NCBI GenBank assembly: GCA_965237525.1
Contig: CBDEFO010000004.1
Coordinates: 492,595 to 556,594 of the forward strand
DNA: 64,000 nucleotides
Origin: Candidatus Latescibacterota bacterium
Lineage (GTDB): Bacteria > Latescibacterota > CBDEFO01
Reading direction: 5' to 3'
The notes under the pieces were generated by a model that was given only the letters and a program-made list of their open reading frames with translations, did not search any database and was not told the DNA's origin. Of the stretch, positions 1 to 10,892 are shown piece by piece. A program made the position numbers and the translations under genes. Numbering within the stretch: position 1 is the first letter of the stretch; every line of letters begins with the position of its first letter.

Positions 1-188
1 GGCAATAAGTCAAGGACATTTTAGAAATGTTCCAACTGTTTACTTTCCACTTCGTGGCTTGCTGCCTACTCAACAGAGTGGACACTCCACCTATCTATAA
101 GAATTACAATATATTGAGCTATTCCATGCCAAAGAAACTTTGTCCAAGAGGATCAAATTAGTTCACAGTGATCGGAAGGTCAGAGCCT

Positions 189-1418
189 ATGATGAGTCTA
201 AACGAACAGCTGGACATCATAAAAAAAGGGACAGAGGAGATCATCCCTGAGGACGATTTAGTAACGAAGTTAGAACGATCTATAAAGACTAATACGCCCC
301 TGGTAGTGAAAACTGGGTTTGATCCCACCGCTCCCGATATACATATCGGAAACGCTGTGCCGATAAGGAAGATGAAACATTTTCAGGATTTGGGACACGA
401 AGTTGTGTTCATGATCGGGGATTTTACAGGGATGATCGGCGACCCGAGCCAAAAGGACGCTACCAGAAAACGCCTTTCAAGGCGAGAGATCCTAAAAAAC
501 GCACAAACCTACAAGGAACAGGTGTTCAAGATCTTAGATCCCCGAAAGACGAGGGTCGAGTTCAACAGCAAGTGGTGCAGAGCCTTGAAGATTGAGGATA
601 TGCTGGAGTTGGCCTCCAAGTACACTGTTGCCAGGATGATCGAAAGGGACGATTTTTTAGAGCGCTATCAGACGGGAAAGCCGATTACCATTTTAGAGTT
701 TATGTATCCTCTGCTTCAGGGCTACGATTCGGTGGCACTCAAGGCAGACGTGGAATTGGGCGGGACAGATCAGAAATTCAACCTCTTGGTCGCAAGGGAG
801 ATTCAAAGAGAGTACGGTCAGGAGCCGGAGGTGTTTATCACTATGCCCCTTTTGGTGGGCCTGGACGGCACCCTGAAGATGAGCAAGAGCCTGGGAAACT
901 ACATAGGCATCACTGAGCCGCCAGAGCAAATATACGGAAAGACAATGTCTATTTCAGATGAGCTTATCTATCGTTATTTTAAGATCGCTCTGGGAACAGA
1001 GACATCAGAAGGGGAGCTTGAGGACATAGAGAGACGTCTGAACGACGCCAGCCTAAATCCAATGGATGTGAAGAGGGAACTTGCGCGACAGCTTGTAAGC
1101 CTGTATTACGATAAGAGCGCAGCCCAAGATGCGGAGAGGGAATTCAACAGAGTATTCAAAGAGCAGAAACTCCCTGAGAACATCCCCCAACATCAGGTGC
1201 CGGAGGATTCGATATGGGTTGTGAAACTTGTTAAGGATTTAGGCTTTGCCAGAACGAACACAGAGGCAAGGAGACTAATCAAAGGGGGAGGCCTGAGCAT
1301 CGATGGGGAGAGAATATCGAATCCTGATGCGGATATCAGTTTTAAAGGAGGGGAGATAGTAAAGGCAGGCAAGAGGAGATTTGCAAGGATATTAAAACCC
1401 AACCGCACAGACAAATAA
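189..1418 (+). CDS. tyrS: Tyrosine--tRNA ligase
   Basis: [13 protein letters not shown] (HIGH-like), GGTDQ and KMSKS motifs, C-terminal S4-like domain. ORF opens at GTG 168; ATG 189/192 is more likely. Confidence 0.97.
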   Translation: MMSLNEQLDIIKKGTEEIIPEDDLVTKLERSIKTNTPLVVKTGFDPTAPDIHIGNAVPIRKMKHFQDLGHEVVFMIGDFTGMIGDPSQKDATRKRLSRREILKNAQTYKEQVFKILDPRKTRVEFNSKWCRALKIEDMLELASKYTVARMIERDDFLERYQTGKPITILEFMYPLLQGYDSVALKADVELGGTDQKFNLLVAREIQREYGQEPEVFITMPLLVGLDGTLKMSKSLGNYIGITEPPEQIYGKTMSISDELIYRYFKIALGTETSEGELEDIERRLNDASLNPMDVKRELARQLVSLYYDKSAAQDAEREFNRVFKEQKLPENIPQHQVPEDSIWVVKLVKDLGFARTNTEARRLIKGGGLSIDGERISNPDADISFKGGEIVKAGKRRFARILKPNRTDK

Positions 1419-1435
1419 TATGTATGTTTAAACAC

Positions 1436-1537
1436 AGGGGCGGGGTAACCGCCCCTACTATGTCAGCTCTATATCTGTAGGGGCAGACCCGTGTGTCTGC
1501 CCTGAAAATACGGGCGAACACATGGGTTCTCCCGTAC
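1436..1537. repeat. GTAG-type REP-like palindrome cluster
   Basis: Three short hairpins with GTAG/CTAC feet (e.g. GTAGGGGCAGACCCGTGTGTCTGCCC) between convergent genes; related doublet at 44041-44108. Confidence 0.7.
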
Positions 1538-1557
1538 TACAAGAAGCAGATTATACT

Positions 1558-2415
1558 CTATTTCGAAAAACTGATCTGATCGTCAAGGAGCATCAACGCA
1601 GACCACGTAGTGACATCTGTCCGGGTGGGGTCTAATTCGTTCAAGTACTCCTGGAACGAGGCGCGCTCCTCATCTGTTTCGGGTCCAGCTTCTGAAACGC
1701 TTCTGTTGAAACCTGCAATCTCATCCTCTGTTTTCCCGGACTTTTGAAAAACCCAGTCTCCTAATTCTATATCGCTTGGATTGTTCACAGCCGCACGGGC
1801 AAAATCTTCTGCCGAGATGCCCAGAAACTCCAAAAGAGGTTTCTCGCCCTCGGAGTCATCGCCGTAATTATATTCTCCCAAGAGACCCGCGTTCGCAGCT
1901 CTGGCTTTGTCCGCCGCACGGGCAGCCCAGGCAATTCCTGCTACGTCGGTGCAATAGGGGGTGCGCGGCGGTTGTTCGGTGAGATCAAGTCTATAAAAGT
2001 TGCCCCAATCGTCCAGTTCTATAGACTGAACCCCTGTCTTGATATCTGTTCTTCCGGGGGCGTACTTTTCTATGCGCTCCTGGAGCAGGGCGCGATGCAT
2101 CTCATCATACGGTTCGCGCGACAGTTCGGCCTCATTGAAGGCGGCGATCTCGCCTTCGTTTTTCCCCGATTTTTGGAGCACCCACTCACTTATGCCAGCG
2201 TCGTCGTATTTTTCAACGGCTTCTGCGAATTCCGCGGCTGAGATCCCCAGAAAATTCAAAACGTTCATGTCCGATCCGGAAGCTTCCCCGTACACATATT
2301 CGCCCAACATCCCTCTGTTGGCCGCTCTTGCCTTGTCCGTCATTCTAGCAAGTCCGACGATACCTGCCATCGTTACGTTCGATGGACGACGTGGAGGCTG
2401 TCTTGTCAAATCCAT
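1558..2415 (-). CDS. Tandem DUF5069-like domain protein
   Basis: Two internal repeats of DLTxQPPR..AGI...AR..DKARAAN.G.LGEY.YG...L.FLGISA. Confidence 0.75.
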   Translation of the reverse strand: MDLTRQPPRRPSNVTMAGIVGLARMTDKARAANRGMLGEYVYGEASGSDMNVLNFLGISAAEFAEAVEKYDDAGISEWVLQKSGKNEGEIAAFNEAELSREPYDEMHRALLQERIEKYAPGRTDIKTGVQSIELDDWGNFYRLDLTEQPPRTPYCTDVAGIAWAARAADKARAANAGLLGEYNYGDDSEGEKPLLEFLGISAEDFARAAVNNPSDIELGDWVFQKSGKTEDEIAGFNRSVSEAGPETDEERASFQEYLNELDPTRTDVTTWSALMLLDDQISFSK

Positions 2416-2566
2416 TCTTTACATCCTTTCCAATTGAGATTTTGGGCTGTTACGATCCTGAAAATTAACTTATAGGAGATCTGCTGTCCTCTCTAAGAAG
2501 GTCGATTTGTATTAATGATACACATAGGAAGGGATTTACACAAGAAAAAAATATAGACAAACCTAA

Positions 2567-4085
2567 AAGCCTTGTGAAATAGTTATGTCCCAGGCAGCGT
2601 CTGAAGCGCCGATTATGGGTCAAAGAGTAGCATATCGTATCGTTTTGCTGTGGAATAAGCAAAATAGTCTTATCAGAGTTCTGGTCAGCAAGGAACAGGA
2701 GCTGTTTGAAGAACAGGATGCACTGTCTTTGACAGACAGGGCACACATAGACGCTTTCCCCCTTCTTATGAAAGATACAAGCCTCTTGAGATTCTGTACT
2801 GTTGCAACAAGATTCAACTGTTCATTCAGTGAGGCTGGTCCTCTGTAACGGGCTCGTCCCATACCGTGTTGTTGCCTGGCTTCAGCAAAGATATGTTCAC
2901 TGCGTTTACGGAGTCTCCGGGAGAGTTTGTAGTCAGCTGTTAATGAGATAGACCGTGCATGATTTCTGGCTTTCGCCTCTCGCACTTTTCTATCCCGTTC
3001 GGCCTGAATATGTGCTGGATTTGTCTTGTTTTTCCATGTAGGAATCGGTTCAATCTTCTCATCGGCTCGCAGAGGAATATGGGGTATGATTCCCCGGTCA
3101 AGTACATCAGCGATAAAATTACCAGAACCGTAACCGGTATCGGCACTAAGTGTCTGAATGTCTTTGGGCATGGTGTATGTTTCAAGGTCATCTACCATCT
3201 TAAGGGCACTTTCGGGCTCTGCTGTCCCTGTCGCCTGCGTGCCCTGAGTCTCAAGGATTACTCTGCTTTTTGTGTCGATCAGATCATGGCCCATAAACGA
3301 GAGAAAAGCCCCTTTGCCCTTCGATTTGCTGTATAAGCGCGCGTCGGGGTCTGTAGTCGAACGGTGTGTTTGGTTCGTCCACTTTTCACCATGAAAGTCT
3401 TTATCCTGAGGATGCCCGGACCTACCCTTTGTCTTATCACCTTCAAAACCGATTCCCTTGAGATAATCATCAAGAGAAACAGGGGGTTCTATCGGCTCAA
3501 TACTTTTCACTGAAGCATCAGCTTGTATCTGAGTGCCGTCGACACTAAGGTGTTTACCGCTCACAAGACCGACATCTATGCAACACTGGACTACCTGACG
3601 CATTATCCGTTCAAACAACCCACTGGATGCCCACTTGTGATTGCGAAGCTTGTTGATCGTGCTCCTATCCGGAACCGCATCATCAAATGTCTGATGACAA
3701 AACAACCGATATGCCGCATGCATCCCCACTTCCTGACAGAGCCGATTCTCACTCAAATTATACAGATAGCCAATAAGGATCATTCGAACAACTAATTCAG
3801 GATCAATACCGGGTCTGCCATTGTCAGGGCAATAACAATCTGATACAACGTCTCGTACAAATGAAAAATCAACTGCCTCATCAATCTGACGAAGGATATG
3901 GTCCTCGGGAACTAAATCCTCCATCTGAAAATAGTGAAACATCGGATTTGTCTGTTCCTGCTTTTGTGGGGTCATTGTTTCCTCCATGTATAATATTATC
4001 AATAACATAATATAATACATCGGAGCTGCTTTATCAATGCTTGTTTTATACTATTTTCTGAATCTAAGGGTTTTTCACAAGGCTT
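2567..4085 (-). mobile_element. IS1182-family insertion sequence, copy 1 (intact)
   Basis: 13-bp TIRs AAGCCTTGTGAAA / TTTCACAAGGCTT; 4-bp duplication CTAA at 2563-2566 and 4086-4089; encodes a transposase. Confidence 0.9.
2620..3975 (-). CDS. IS1182-family transposase
   Basis: VPEDHILRQID, GRPGIDP, VDGTQIQADAS, ADTGYG and RKRSEHIFAE motifs; GGAGG RBS before ATG 3975. Confidence 0.9.
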   Translation of the reverse strand: MTPQKQEQTNPMFHYFQMEDLVPEDHILRQIDEAVDFSFVRDVVSDCYCPDNGRPGIDPELVVRMILIGYLYNLSENRLCQEVGMHAAYRLFCHQTFDDAVPDRSTINKLRNHKWASSGLFERIMRQVVQCCIDVGLVSGKHLSVDGTQIQADASVKSIEPIEPPVSLDDYLKGIGFEGDKTKGRSGHPQDKDFHGEKWTNQTHRSTTDPDARLYSKSKGKGAFLSFMGHDLIDTKSRVILETQGTQATGTAEPESALKMVDDLETYTMPKDIQTLSADTGYGSGNFIADVLDRGIIPHIPLRADEKIEPIPTWKNKTNPAHIQAERDRKVREAKARNHARSISLTADYKLSRRLRKRSEHIFAEARQQHGMGRARYRGPASLNEQLNLVATVQNLKRLVSFIRRGKASMCALSVKDSASCSSNSSCSLLTRTLIRLFCLFHSKTIRYATL

Positions 4086-4102
4086 CTAACGTCGGTAAAA
4101 AC

Positions 4103-4132
4103 TTGACATCGGCTGAGCAATTCGTATATTAT
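4103..4132 (+). promoter_or_regulatory. Putative sigma70 promoter
   Basis: TTGACA at 4103-4108 with TATATT/TATTAT 16-18 nt downstream, ahead of the GH15 gene. Confidence 0.5.
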
Positions 4133-4190
4133 TCCAGTCCGGTAGAATATTATCCGCCTTTCAAAGAACACATAGAGACAGGAGCAGACG

Positions 4191-6205
4191 ATGCCGGGCG
4201 ACATTCCCATAGGAAACGGGGATCTTCTAATAACATTCGATAAATCCTACCAGTTGAGAGACATTTACTACCCTTACGTGGGACAGGAGAAGCACACGGA
4301 AGGACATTCCTTTAAGTTCGGAGCCTGGGTCGACGGACAATTCAGCTGGATAGATGACGTATGGGACCTGTCGCACAAATACCTTCCAGAGACACTGATA
4401 ACCGATGTGGTGGCCAAGAACGATCGGCTTAAGCTTGAACTTTATATTGGCGATACTGTGCATTTCCACGAACATATCTACATAAAGAAGATCAAAATCG
4501 TGAATCTGGAAAATAAAAAAAGACACGGGAGACTCTTTTTCGGACATGATTTCCACATATATGGAAGCGTTGTTGGGGATACGGCTTACTACGATCCTGT
4601 GGGGAAATCTATAGTTCACTACAAGGGGGAAAGGTACTTCAGGATGTGCTGTTCGGACTCCCAGAAGATAGGTATAGATCAGTTTGCCACAGGAAAGAAG
4701 GAGGTGGGTGGGGCAAAAGGCACCTGGAAAGATGCGGAAGACGGACACCTTGGGGGAAATGCAATAGAACAAGGAGCTGTGGATTCGACATTAGGATTTC
4801 ATATAGATGTTCCGGAAAAAGGCCAGAACACGGCCTATTACTAGATGGTTGTGGGTCGAAGATGGGCTGACGTAGATCGCCTTTATAACAGGGTCGTTGA
4901 GAAGTCGCATGAGGAATTGATAAAAAGGACAGGCGCTTACTGGAGACTCTGGGTAAACAAGGAGGACTTCAGCTACAAGGATCTTCCCCAGAAAATTGTC
5001 GACCTTTTCAAAAGGAGCCTGTTAATTTTGAGGACCCAGATTGACAACCGGGGAGCCATAATCGCCGCCAATGACAGCGACATACTGCATTTTTCAAGGG
5101 ACACCTATTCGTATATGTGGCCTAGGGACGGGGCATTGGTGGCAACCACTCTCATAAAGACGGGATATTCTGAGATCTCAAGGAGATTCTTCGAATTCTG
5201 CTACCACGCGATAAGGAAAGATGGATACTTCCTGCACAAATATAGCCCCGACGGTTCTGTGGCAAGCTCCTGGCACCCCTGGACGAAGGACGGCAAGCTT
5301 GAGCTTCCGATACAGGAGGACGAGACCGCGCTTGTAGTCTAGGCGCTCTGGGAGCACTTCAACAAATTCAGGGACATAGAGTTCATAAAGCCCTTGTACA
5401 GGAGATTGGTAACATCGGCTGCGGAATTTATGGTAAGATTCAGGGATGAGGAGACCAAGCTTCCCCTTGAGTCTTACGATCTGTGGGAGGAGCGTCACGG
5501 GGTTCATGCATATACGGTGGGAGCCGTGTGTGGAGGGTTGAAGGCCGCCGCCAAGTTCGCATCTGCCTTCGGAGAAGACGCCCTTGCAGAAAAATAGAAT
5601 AGGGCCTTTGAAGAGATAAAGAAAGCCGCGATCAAATACATGTACGACAAAAAGTACAATCGCTTCTGTCGGACAGCCGTTAGAAACGATGACGGATACG
5701 ATCTTGACATGACCATAGATGCCAGCATGTACGGCCTTTTCAGATTCGGAGCTTTTCCTCCCGACGATCCGAAAATTGTATCCAGTATGAAGCTATAAGG
5801 GACAGACTCTGGGTAAAGATTAATGTGGGCGGAGTAGCCAGATATGAGAACGACTACTACCATCAGATAAGCCAGAATATAGATAATGTCCCTGGAAATC
5901 CCTGGTTCATTTGCACGATGTGGCTTGCAGAATGGTACATAGCGACTGCCAGAAAAGTAGATGACCTTAAGACGGCAGTGGACATAATGGAGTGGGTCGC
6001 GGACAGAACACTTGAGTCGGGAGTCTTGGCAGAGCAGGTTCATCCTCACACAAATGAGCCGCTGTCCGTCTCCCCTTTGACCTGGAGTCATGCTACAGTC
6101 GTTATGGTTGTGATGAGCTATCTTGAGAAGCTCGAGGCGCTCACTATGGGAGATGTACTGAAAAAGAGCATATACAGGCACAGACTAATATCGGGCATAG
6201 AGTAG
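4191..6205 (+). pseudogene. Glycoside hydrolase family 15 (glucoamylase-like), disrupted
   Basis: YSYMWPRDG, QEDETA, DLWEER, LAEQV and PLTWSHA motifs spread over ORF fragments; in-frame TAG at 4842, 5340 and 5595, frameshift near 5790. Confidence 0.9.
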
Positions 6206-6564
6206 TATCTTATCGCTTCACGCTCCCTGTTTTTGCCCTCTGATCCTACCGACTTGTGGTGGACTGAAATGAACCTGCTATAACTTTTGTCTGTTTCTTT
6301 TCTACCTTTCTACTGTAAGATCCAGTTCACCGAAATATCTCTTGAATACCGAAAATTTCCGCTATTCTCCAAGAAATACCATCATATTAACGTCAGAGAT
6401 TTCTGGCCATAAATTCCGTTTTACCATCGGATTCTATCTCTTATTTTGAACGGACAGCATCATCAGCACAGAAATCCATGGTCTCACGAATAATTTTGCG
6501 TGACAGCATATATCTAAACGTTCAGGTGGTCAAGAGAATCTGCTCCTTTTTTCAAAACCCTTCT

Positions 6565-6900
6565 TCAGTCTTGCTTCATAATCTCTGAACTTTCGCTAAC
6601 CTCTCTCTTTCTTAAAGGAGCACGAAGATCATCCGGTGCAGATGTCGTGCCCTTAAGGTATTCTTTCTGGATATGGGAGTAGATCGTTGTGGAGTGGATA
6701 TCCAAATCTCCCATGATTCCTTGCAGGACCTTGAGGTTCACATGTGCCATCCAAAGCTATGGCGATGTGTATGTATAGTGGCATTTTTGCCATCTGCCCT
6801 TTTACAGACACGCTTGAAACTTTTCGAGAGATTGCCCTGATCATGATGTGTACTGTTACGGGTGACCCAAAGAATGGCCAACATGCTTTCTGCATCATGC
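6565..6900 (-). pseudogene. Tyrosine recombinase (XerC/D-like) C-terminal remnant
   Basis: VNLKVLQGIMGDLDIHSTTIYSHI resembles box II (L..VQ.LLGH..I.TT.IY.H); frameshifted and degenerate. Confidence 0.55.
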
Positions 6901-7079
6901 TTCTGTGTGCTGGATTAAGGGCCGTTTCTATAGCTTAGGATGTCTCGGTTCCACCTACTTTCTTCTTCGTCATCCAACTACCTCCTTGCCTGTAAAAGCA
7001 GTCGTACCGATCTAAACATCTGCAGCCTCATTTTCAACTGAAAGGGGTATTACAACGGTTTTTGACTGAGAACTTTTCA

Positions 7080-7108
7080 TTGACAAACACTATTTTCTTC
7101 CTTATCTT
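7080..7108 (+). promoter_or_regulatory. Putative sigma70 promoter
   Basis: TTGACA-17 nt-TATCTT upstream of the 7432-10657 gene run. Confidence 0.5.
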
Positions 7109-7116
7109 CAGTTGAT

Positions 7117-7137
7117 CCTCGATTGAACCTGTCGGGG
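7117..7137. repeat. 21-nt mini-palindrome, degenerate copy
   Basis: CCTCGATTGAACCTGTCGGGG, 18/21 identical to consensus. Confidence 0.65.
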
Positions 7138-7431
7138 ACTATCCGTGTGCCTTCAGCACTTCGCAGACACAGAGATAGTTGTGAGACCTCCCTGCAATTC
7201 ATTGAAGACCTGAGTGAAAGCATGTCGCCTACCGCCTTCGTGGCTGCTGTATGGGCTCAGTTTAGGTGTTCAGCGAGGGCGTGCAGCGGGGTTCGCTACC
7301 CGGTTTTTTCTGGAGACTATCAGAAGGCGCAAGCAGTCCTGGAACCTCCGTATGGGGGTCCCAAGTAGCTTTCACGTTCCTGAAGGAGGTAAACCCGCGT
7401 TGGAAACTGACCTGGGAGGGGAGAACACCAG

Positions 7432-8379
7432 ATGAAGGTTCTTTTAACAGGAGGCAGCGGCAGGCTCGGTGGCTATGCACTGCGAGAGTTACTCGGCGCC
7501 GGGCATACTGTCTCGAGCTTCGGTCGCCGAGAGCCGCTGGTGCCCGGTGCGCGATTCATTCAGGGTGACATCATGGAGGGGGAGCAACTGCGGCAGATCT
7601 GTCCGGGCCACGACGCCATATTACACCTGGCCGCTGTCACCGGATTGGGCCTGGTCACGCCCGAGCAGATGATGCACGGCAATATCATCGGGACGCTTCG
7701 CGTTCTCGAGGCGGCCGTGGCGGCGGGTGTGGCCAAAGTTGTGTTCGCGTCTTCAGCTGCAGCCGCGGGTATAACGTTCGCGAAAAATCAGATCATCCCG
7801 CGCTATTTTCCTATCGATGAGGAGCACCCCTGCGAGCCGCAGGACGAATACGGTCTTAGCAAACTGCTGGGTGAACTCACGTGCAAGCGGTACTCAGATG
7901 CGTACGGCATTCATACCATCTGCCTGCGCCTGGGAAACAACTGGTATGTGGATCGGGAAGGGGCCGAAGTGGCAGTTCGCTCAGGAGGCGGCACTGTGCG
8001 ATTCGCCTCCGTGGAAGAGATGTGGACGGAATACCAGCTCCGCAGGCAGGACCCCGAAAGGGGAAAACCGCCAGGTCCAAAGGTGCTCTGGGACGTCACG
8101 GACGCCAGAGATACCGGCGTTGCCTGCCGGTTGGCGCTGGAGAACGACGAAATCGTCCATGACGTCTTCCAGATTCTCGGCAATGAAGTCTACACCGTCC
8201 AAGAGACTGCGCAACTCGTTGCCCGTTATTATCCGAACGTCCCGCTAAAGACCCCCCTGCACGGGCATTGTTCCCTCTGGTCACATGAACGGGCAACCCT
8301 CATGTTGAATTACCGGCCGCAGGGATGGCGGAACAGCGATTTAGAAAGCTGGTTGGAGGAACGTGGTGATCCTATTTGA
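7432..8379 (+). CDS. NAD-dependent epimerase/dehydratase (extended SDR)
   Basis: LLTGGSGRLG, HLAA, ASS and YGLSK motifs. Confidence 0.9.
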   Translation: MKVLLTGGSGRLGGYALRELLGAGHTVSSFGRREPLVPGARFIQGDIMEGEQLRQICPGHDAILHLAAVTGLGLVTPEQMMHGNIIGTLRVLEAAVAAGVAKVVFASSAAAAGITFAKNQIIPRYFPIDEEHPCEPQDEYGLSKLLGELTCKRYSDAYGIHTICLRLGNNWYVDREGAEVAVRSGGGTVRFASVEEMWTEYQLRRQDPERGKPPGPKVLWDVTDARDTGVACRLALENDEIVHDVFQILGNEVYTVQETAQLVARYYPNVPLKTPLHGHCSLWSHERATLMLNYRPQGWRNSDLESWLEERGDPI

Positions 8380-9568
8380 CTACGATAAAGCAGTGCATCT
8401 GATGAAGCAGTGGGGCGTGGACGTGCTTTTGCCCCACACACTCTTGAACGCAGGCTACCTGGCCGACCACTGGAAGCACGACTTGTACACCAGCATCGGG
8501 CCGTGGACCACCTTTGACCGGGACGAGCCCTATCAGCTCTTCGTCGGGCTGCCGCAGGACCGGAAGATCGAGCCGTTCGTCACCTGCCGTCGGGCCAGTG
8601 AAGAGGGTGACATGTACAACTGGGACGTCTGGATCGAAGATCGTCGCGTCTGGGGTCCCGACGTGCCGATGCGCTCCACCAACAGCCCGCTCGGGCCGGC
8701 GATCACCGAACCCTACTTAGATCCCTTCGACGCGGCCGCCGATGCTCTCTGCCACCGCGGTCTGGATAAGGCGACAATCGGCATCGAGCGTCGCTTTCTG
8801 GGGATCGAAGCGTACGAGAAATTGCAGGGGTTGATGCCACAGGCGCAGTTTCGTGAGGTCCTGGGCCTCTTCGACGAACTTCGGATGCTGAAGACGCCGG
8901 AGGAGATCCGCCGAATGCGCTTCGTGGCCAAGGCCACCCAGGAGGCGTACAGGACCGCGTTCAACAGTGTCCGGGCGGGGATGACTGGCCTGGATTTCGA
9001 ACGGATCTTCGGCGCTGAACACTACCGCCGCGGCGTGCGCCACGAGTGGCTGCATACGATGATCGGGCCCCTGGGCATCGACGTGGTGGGACCGAATGCC
9101 ACGCTGTTCACACCTGGCCAGACCGTTTGTGTGGACGGCGGAGCCAGCTACCGCCACTATCAGAGCGATCTGTGCATGTTCATGTCCATAGGAGAGCCCA
9201 GCACCGAGCTGCTGAAGATCTACAAGGGCATGCGACGGGCGATGGACGCAGTGCTCGAGCTGCTGCGCCCGGGAGTTAAGCTGTCGAATATCTTTGAAAC
9301 CGGCAACGGACTACTGCAGAAGGAAGGACTCGAGAGCTATCTGCAGGGCTATATCGGTCACGGCGTGGGCAGAAATGTCCACGAGGAACCGGTGCTGGGC
9401 GCCGAAAGTGATCGCGTGCTTGTGAAAGGAATGACGTTGTCCATCGAGTTCAGTACTCGCCGGGTCGAATGGGGCGCCATTGGCCTGGAAGATGGTGTGG
9501 TCATCACAGAGGACGGGTACGAGGATCTGAGCACCATCGGGCGCGAGCTTCATGTGACAGCGGACTGA
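8363..9568 (+). CDS. M24 (Xaa-Pro peptidase/creatinase-fold) family hydrolase
   Basis: R.LKTPEEI, VDGG..Y.SD, GHGVG..VHE, SIE and LED metal-ligand motifs. Confidence 0.88.
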   Translation: MVILFDYDKAVHLMKQWGVDVLLPHTLLNAGYLADHWKHDLYTSIGPWTTFDRDEPYQLFVGLPQDRKIEPFVTCRRASEEGDMYNWDVWIEDRRVWGPDVPMRSTNSPLGPAITEPYLDPFDAAADALCHRGLDKATIGIERRFLGIEAYEKLQGLMPQAQFREVLGLFDELRMLKTPEEIRRMRFVAKATQEAYRTAFNSVRAGMTGLDFERIFGAEHYRRGVRHEWLHTMIGPLGIDVVGPNATLFTPGQTVCVDGGASYRHYQSDLCMFMSIGEPSTELLKIYKGMRRAMDAVLELLRPGVKLSNIFETGNGLLQKEGLESYLQGYIGHGVGRNVHEEPVLGAESDRVLVKGMTLSIEFSTRRVEWGAIGLEDGVVITEDGYEDLSTIGRELHVTAD

Positions 9569-9700
9569 CAGGATCGTCGGCCGGCGCGGGATCCGCCAGA
9601 ATTAACTTGATCATTTTTTCATCGTTCAATAAGGTACAACTGCACCCAGAATCGTCAACCTATTTTGGACAAAGCCTTGGTTCCAGAAAGGAGGCATAAT

Positions 9701-10657
9701 ATGTCTGATGTCGAGGGTTCAGAGGACCAGATTGCTGATCGAGAACAATCAACAGCATCAGGTCTTACGCCCGATCAAATCCAGCAGTTTAAAGACGATG
9801 GCTTTTTGATCGTTCGCGACCTGCTCCCACGCGAGGCACTTCGACCGTTGATTGACGAAATGGAGCAGAAGGTGGACGAGGCTGCACATGAGGCGGTCAA
9901 GCGGCGGATCCTGGACCCGTCGAACACCTTTGAAGACGCGCCCTTTGAGACGCGCCTCTCTCTTATCTGCAGGACCTGCTCAGAGCGCAACTGGCTCTGG
10001 GAACAGTATTTCTACGAGCAGGATATCTCCGACCAGAAACAGAAACCCCGTACAGCCGGGATGTTCATACTTAGAACCTGGCCGTCTCTGCTGGATGTCT
10101 TGGAATCAGTAATCGGTCCAGAGATTTTAGGCCACCCGACGTTCAACATACGCACAAAATTACCGGATCAGGAAGAGACCGTCATCCCCTGGCACCAGGA
10201 TCTGGCATTCCTTACACCGGAAGAAGCGGGGGATACGCTGGTTGCGAATTTCTGGATTCCTCTTGTGACGGCTACGGCAGAGAACGGCTGTATGCAGATG
10301 ATGAGGGGATCGCATCGTTTGGGTCTGTTGCCGCAGAATGCTCGGATTCCTCTTCCCGGTGATAGGGAAAATATAGGCATTGCCGATGCCGATTTGCCGG
10401 ACTGTGGAGTCGTGACGGGTGAAGTGGATGTAGGGGACGTCTTGATGACGACAGAACGGTTGGTGCATCGATCGTTACCCAACACGTCTAACAACATAAG
10501 ATGGAGCGTCGATACTCGCTATAGCGCAATTGGGCTTCCAACTGGTCGTGATCATGTGCCCGGCTTTGTCGTCCGCAGCCTTAAGAATCCCGAGAGCGTG
10601 GCGCGATCGCATCACGATTGGAATCGACTCTTTGAAGGGCAGGAAACCGAAGCCTGA
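9701..10657 (+). CDS. Phytanoyl-CoA dioxygenase (PhyH) family Fe(II)/2OG oxygenase
   Basis: PWHQD, WIPL...TAENGC...GSH, LVHRS..N....RWS; AGGAGG RBS before ATG 9701. Confidence 0.9.
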   Translation: MSDVEGSEDQIADREQSTASGLTPDQIQQFKDDGFLIVRDLLPREALRPLIDEMEQKVDEAAHEAVKRRILDPSNTFEDAPFETRLSLICRTCSERNWLWEQYFYEQDISDQKQKPRTAGMFILRTWPSLLDVLESVIGPEILGHPTFNIRTKLPDQEETVIPWHQDLAFLTPEEAGDTLVANFWIPLVTATAENGCMQMMRGSHRLGLLPQNARIPLPGDRENIGIADADLPDCGVVTGEVDVGDVLMTTERLVHRSLPNTSNNIRWSVDTRYSAIGLPTGRDHVPGFVVRSLKNPESVARSHHDWNRLFEGQETEA

Positions 10658-10892
10658 CGCATAAACAGAAAAATCCACAATCTGGGCGAACCAGATCCGA
10701 CGATCGAATTTCTACAGCCGGCCTGGATCGAGCCCATGCACTATGCCTTACGGGCGCTCGCCGGGGAAAAGGCGGGCGGTATGACCCACCTGCATGCGCT
10801 CATCCGGCCCATGATAGTTGAAAATCCAGTCGGTTGGACGTGGCGGCGATGAAGACGCTGCACGAACCATGGAAAAAAGCGGGGACTGAAAT

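Noticed and set aside
2163..2178. Additional mini-palindrome copy (TCCCCGATTTTTGGAG)
   Set aside because: Matches only the left arm and encodes QKSGK, which is conserved in both protein repeats.
4842..5597. Genome-wide TAG reassignment
   Set aside because: prfA is intact, several genes end in TAG (e.g. 1558, 35152, 60529) and the same gene also has a frameshift.
7138..7431. Riboswitch or ncRNA in the long leader
   Set aside because: No Rfam-like motif recognisable by eye; would need an Infernal search.
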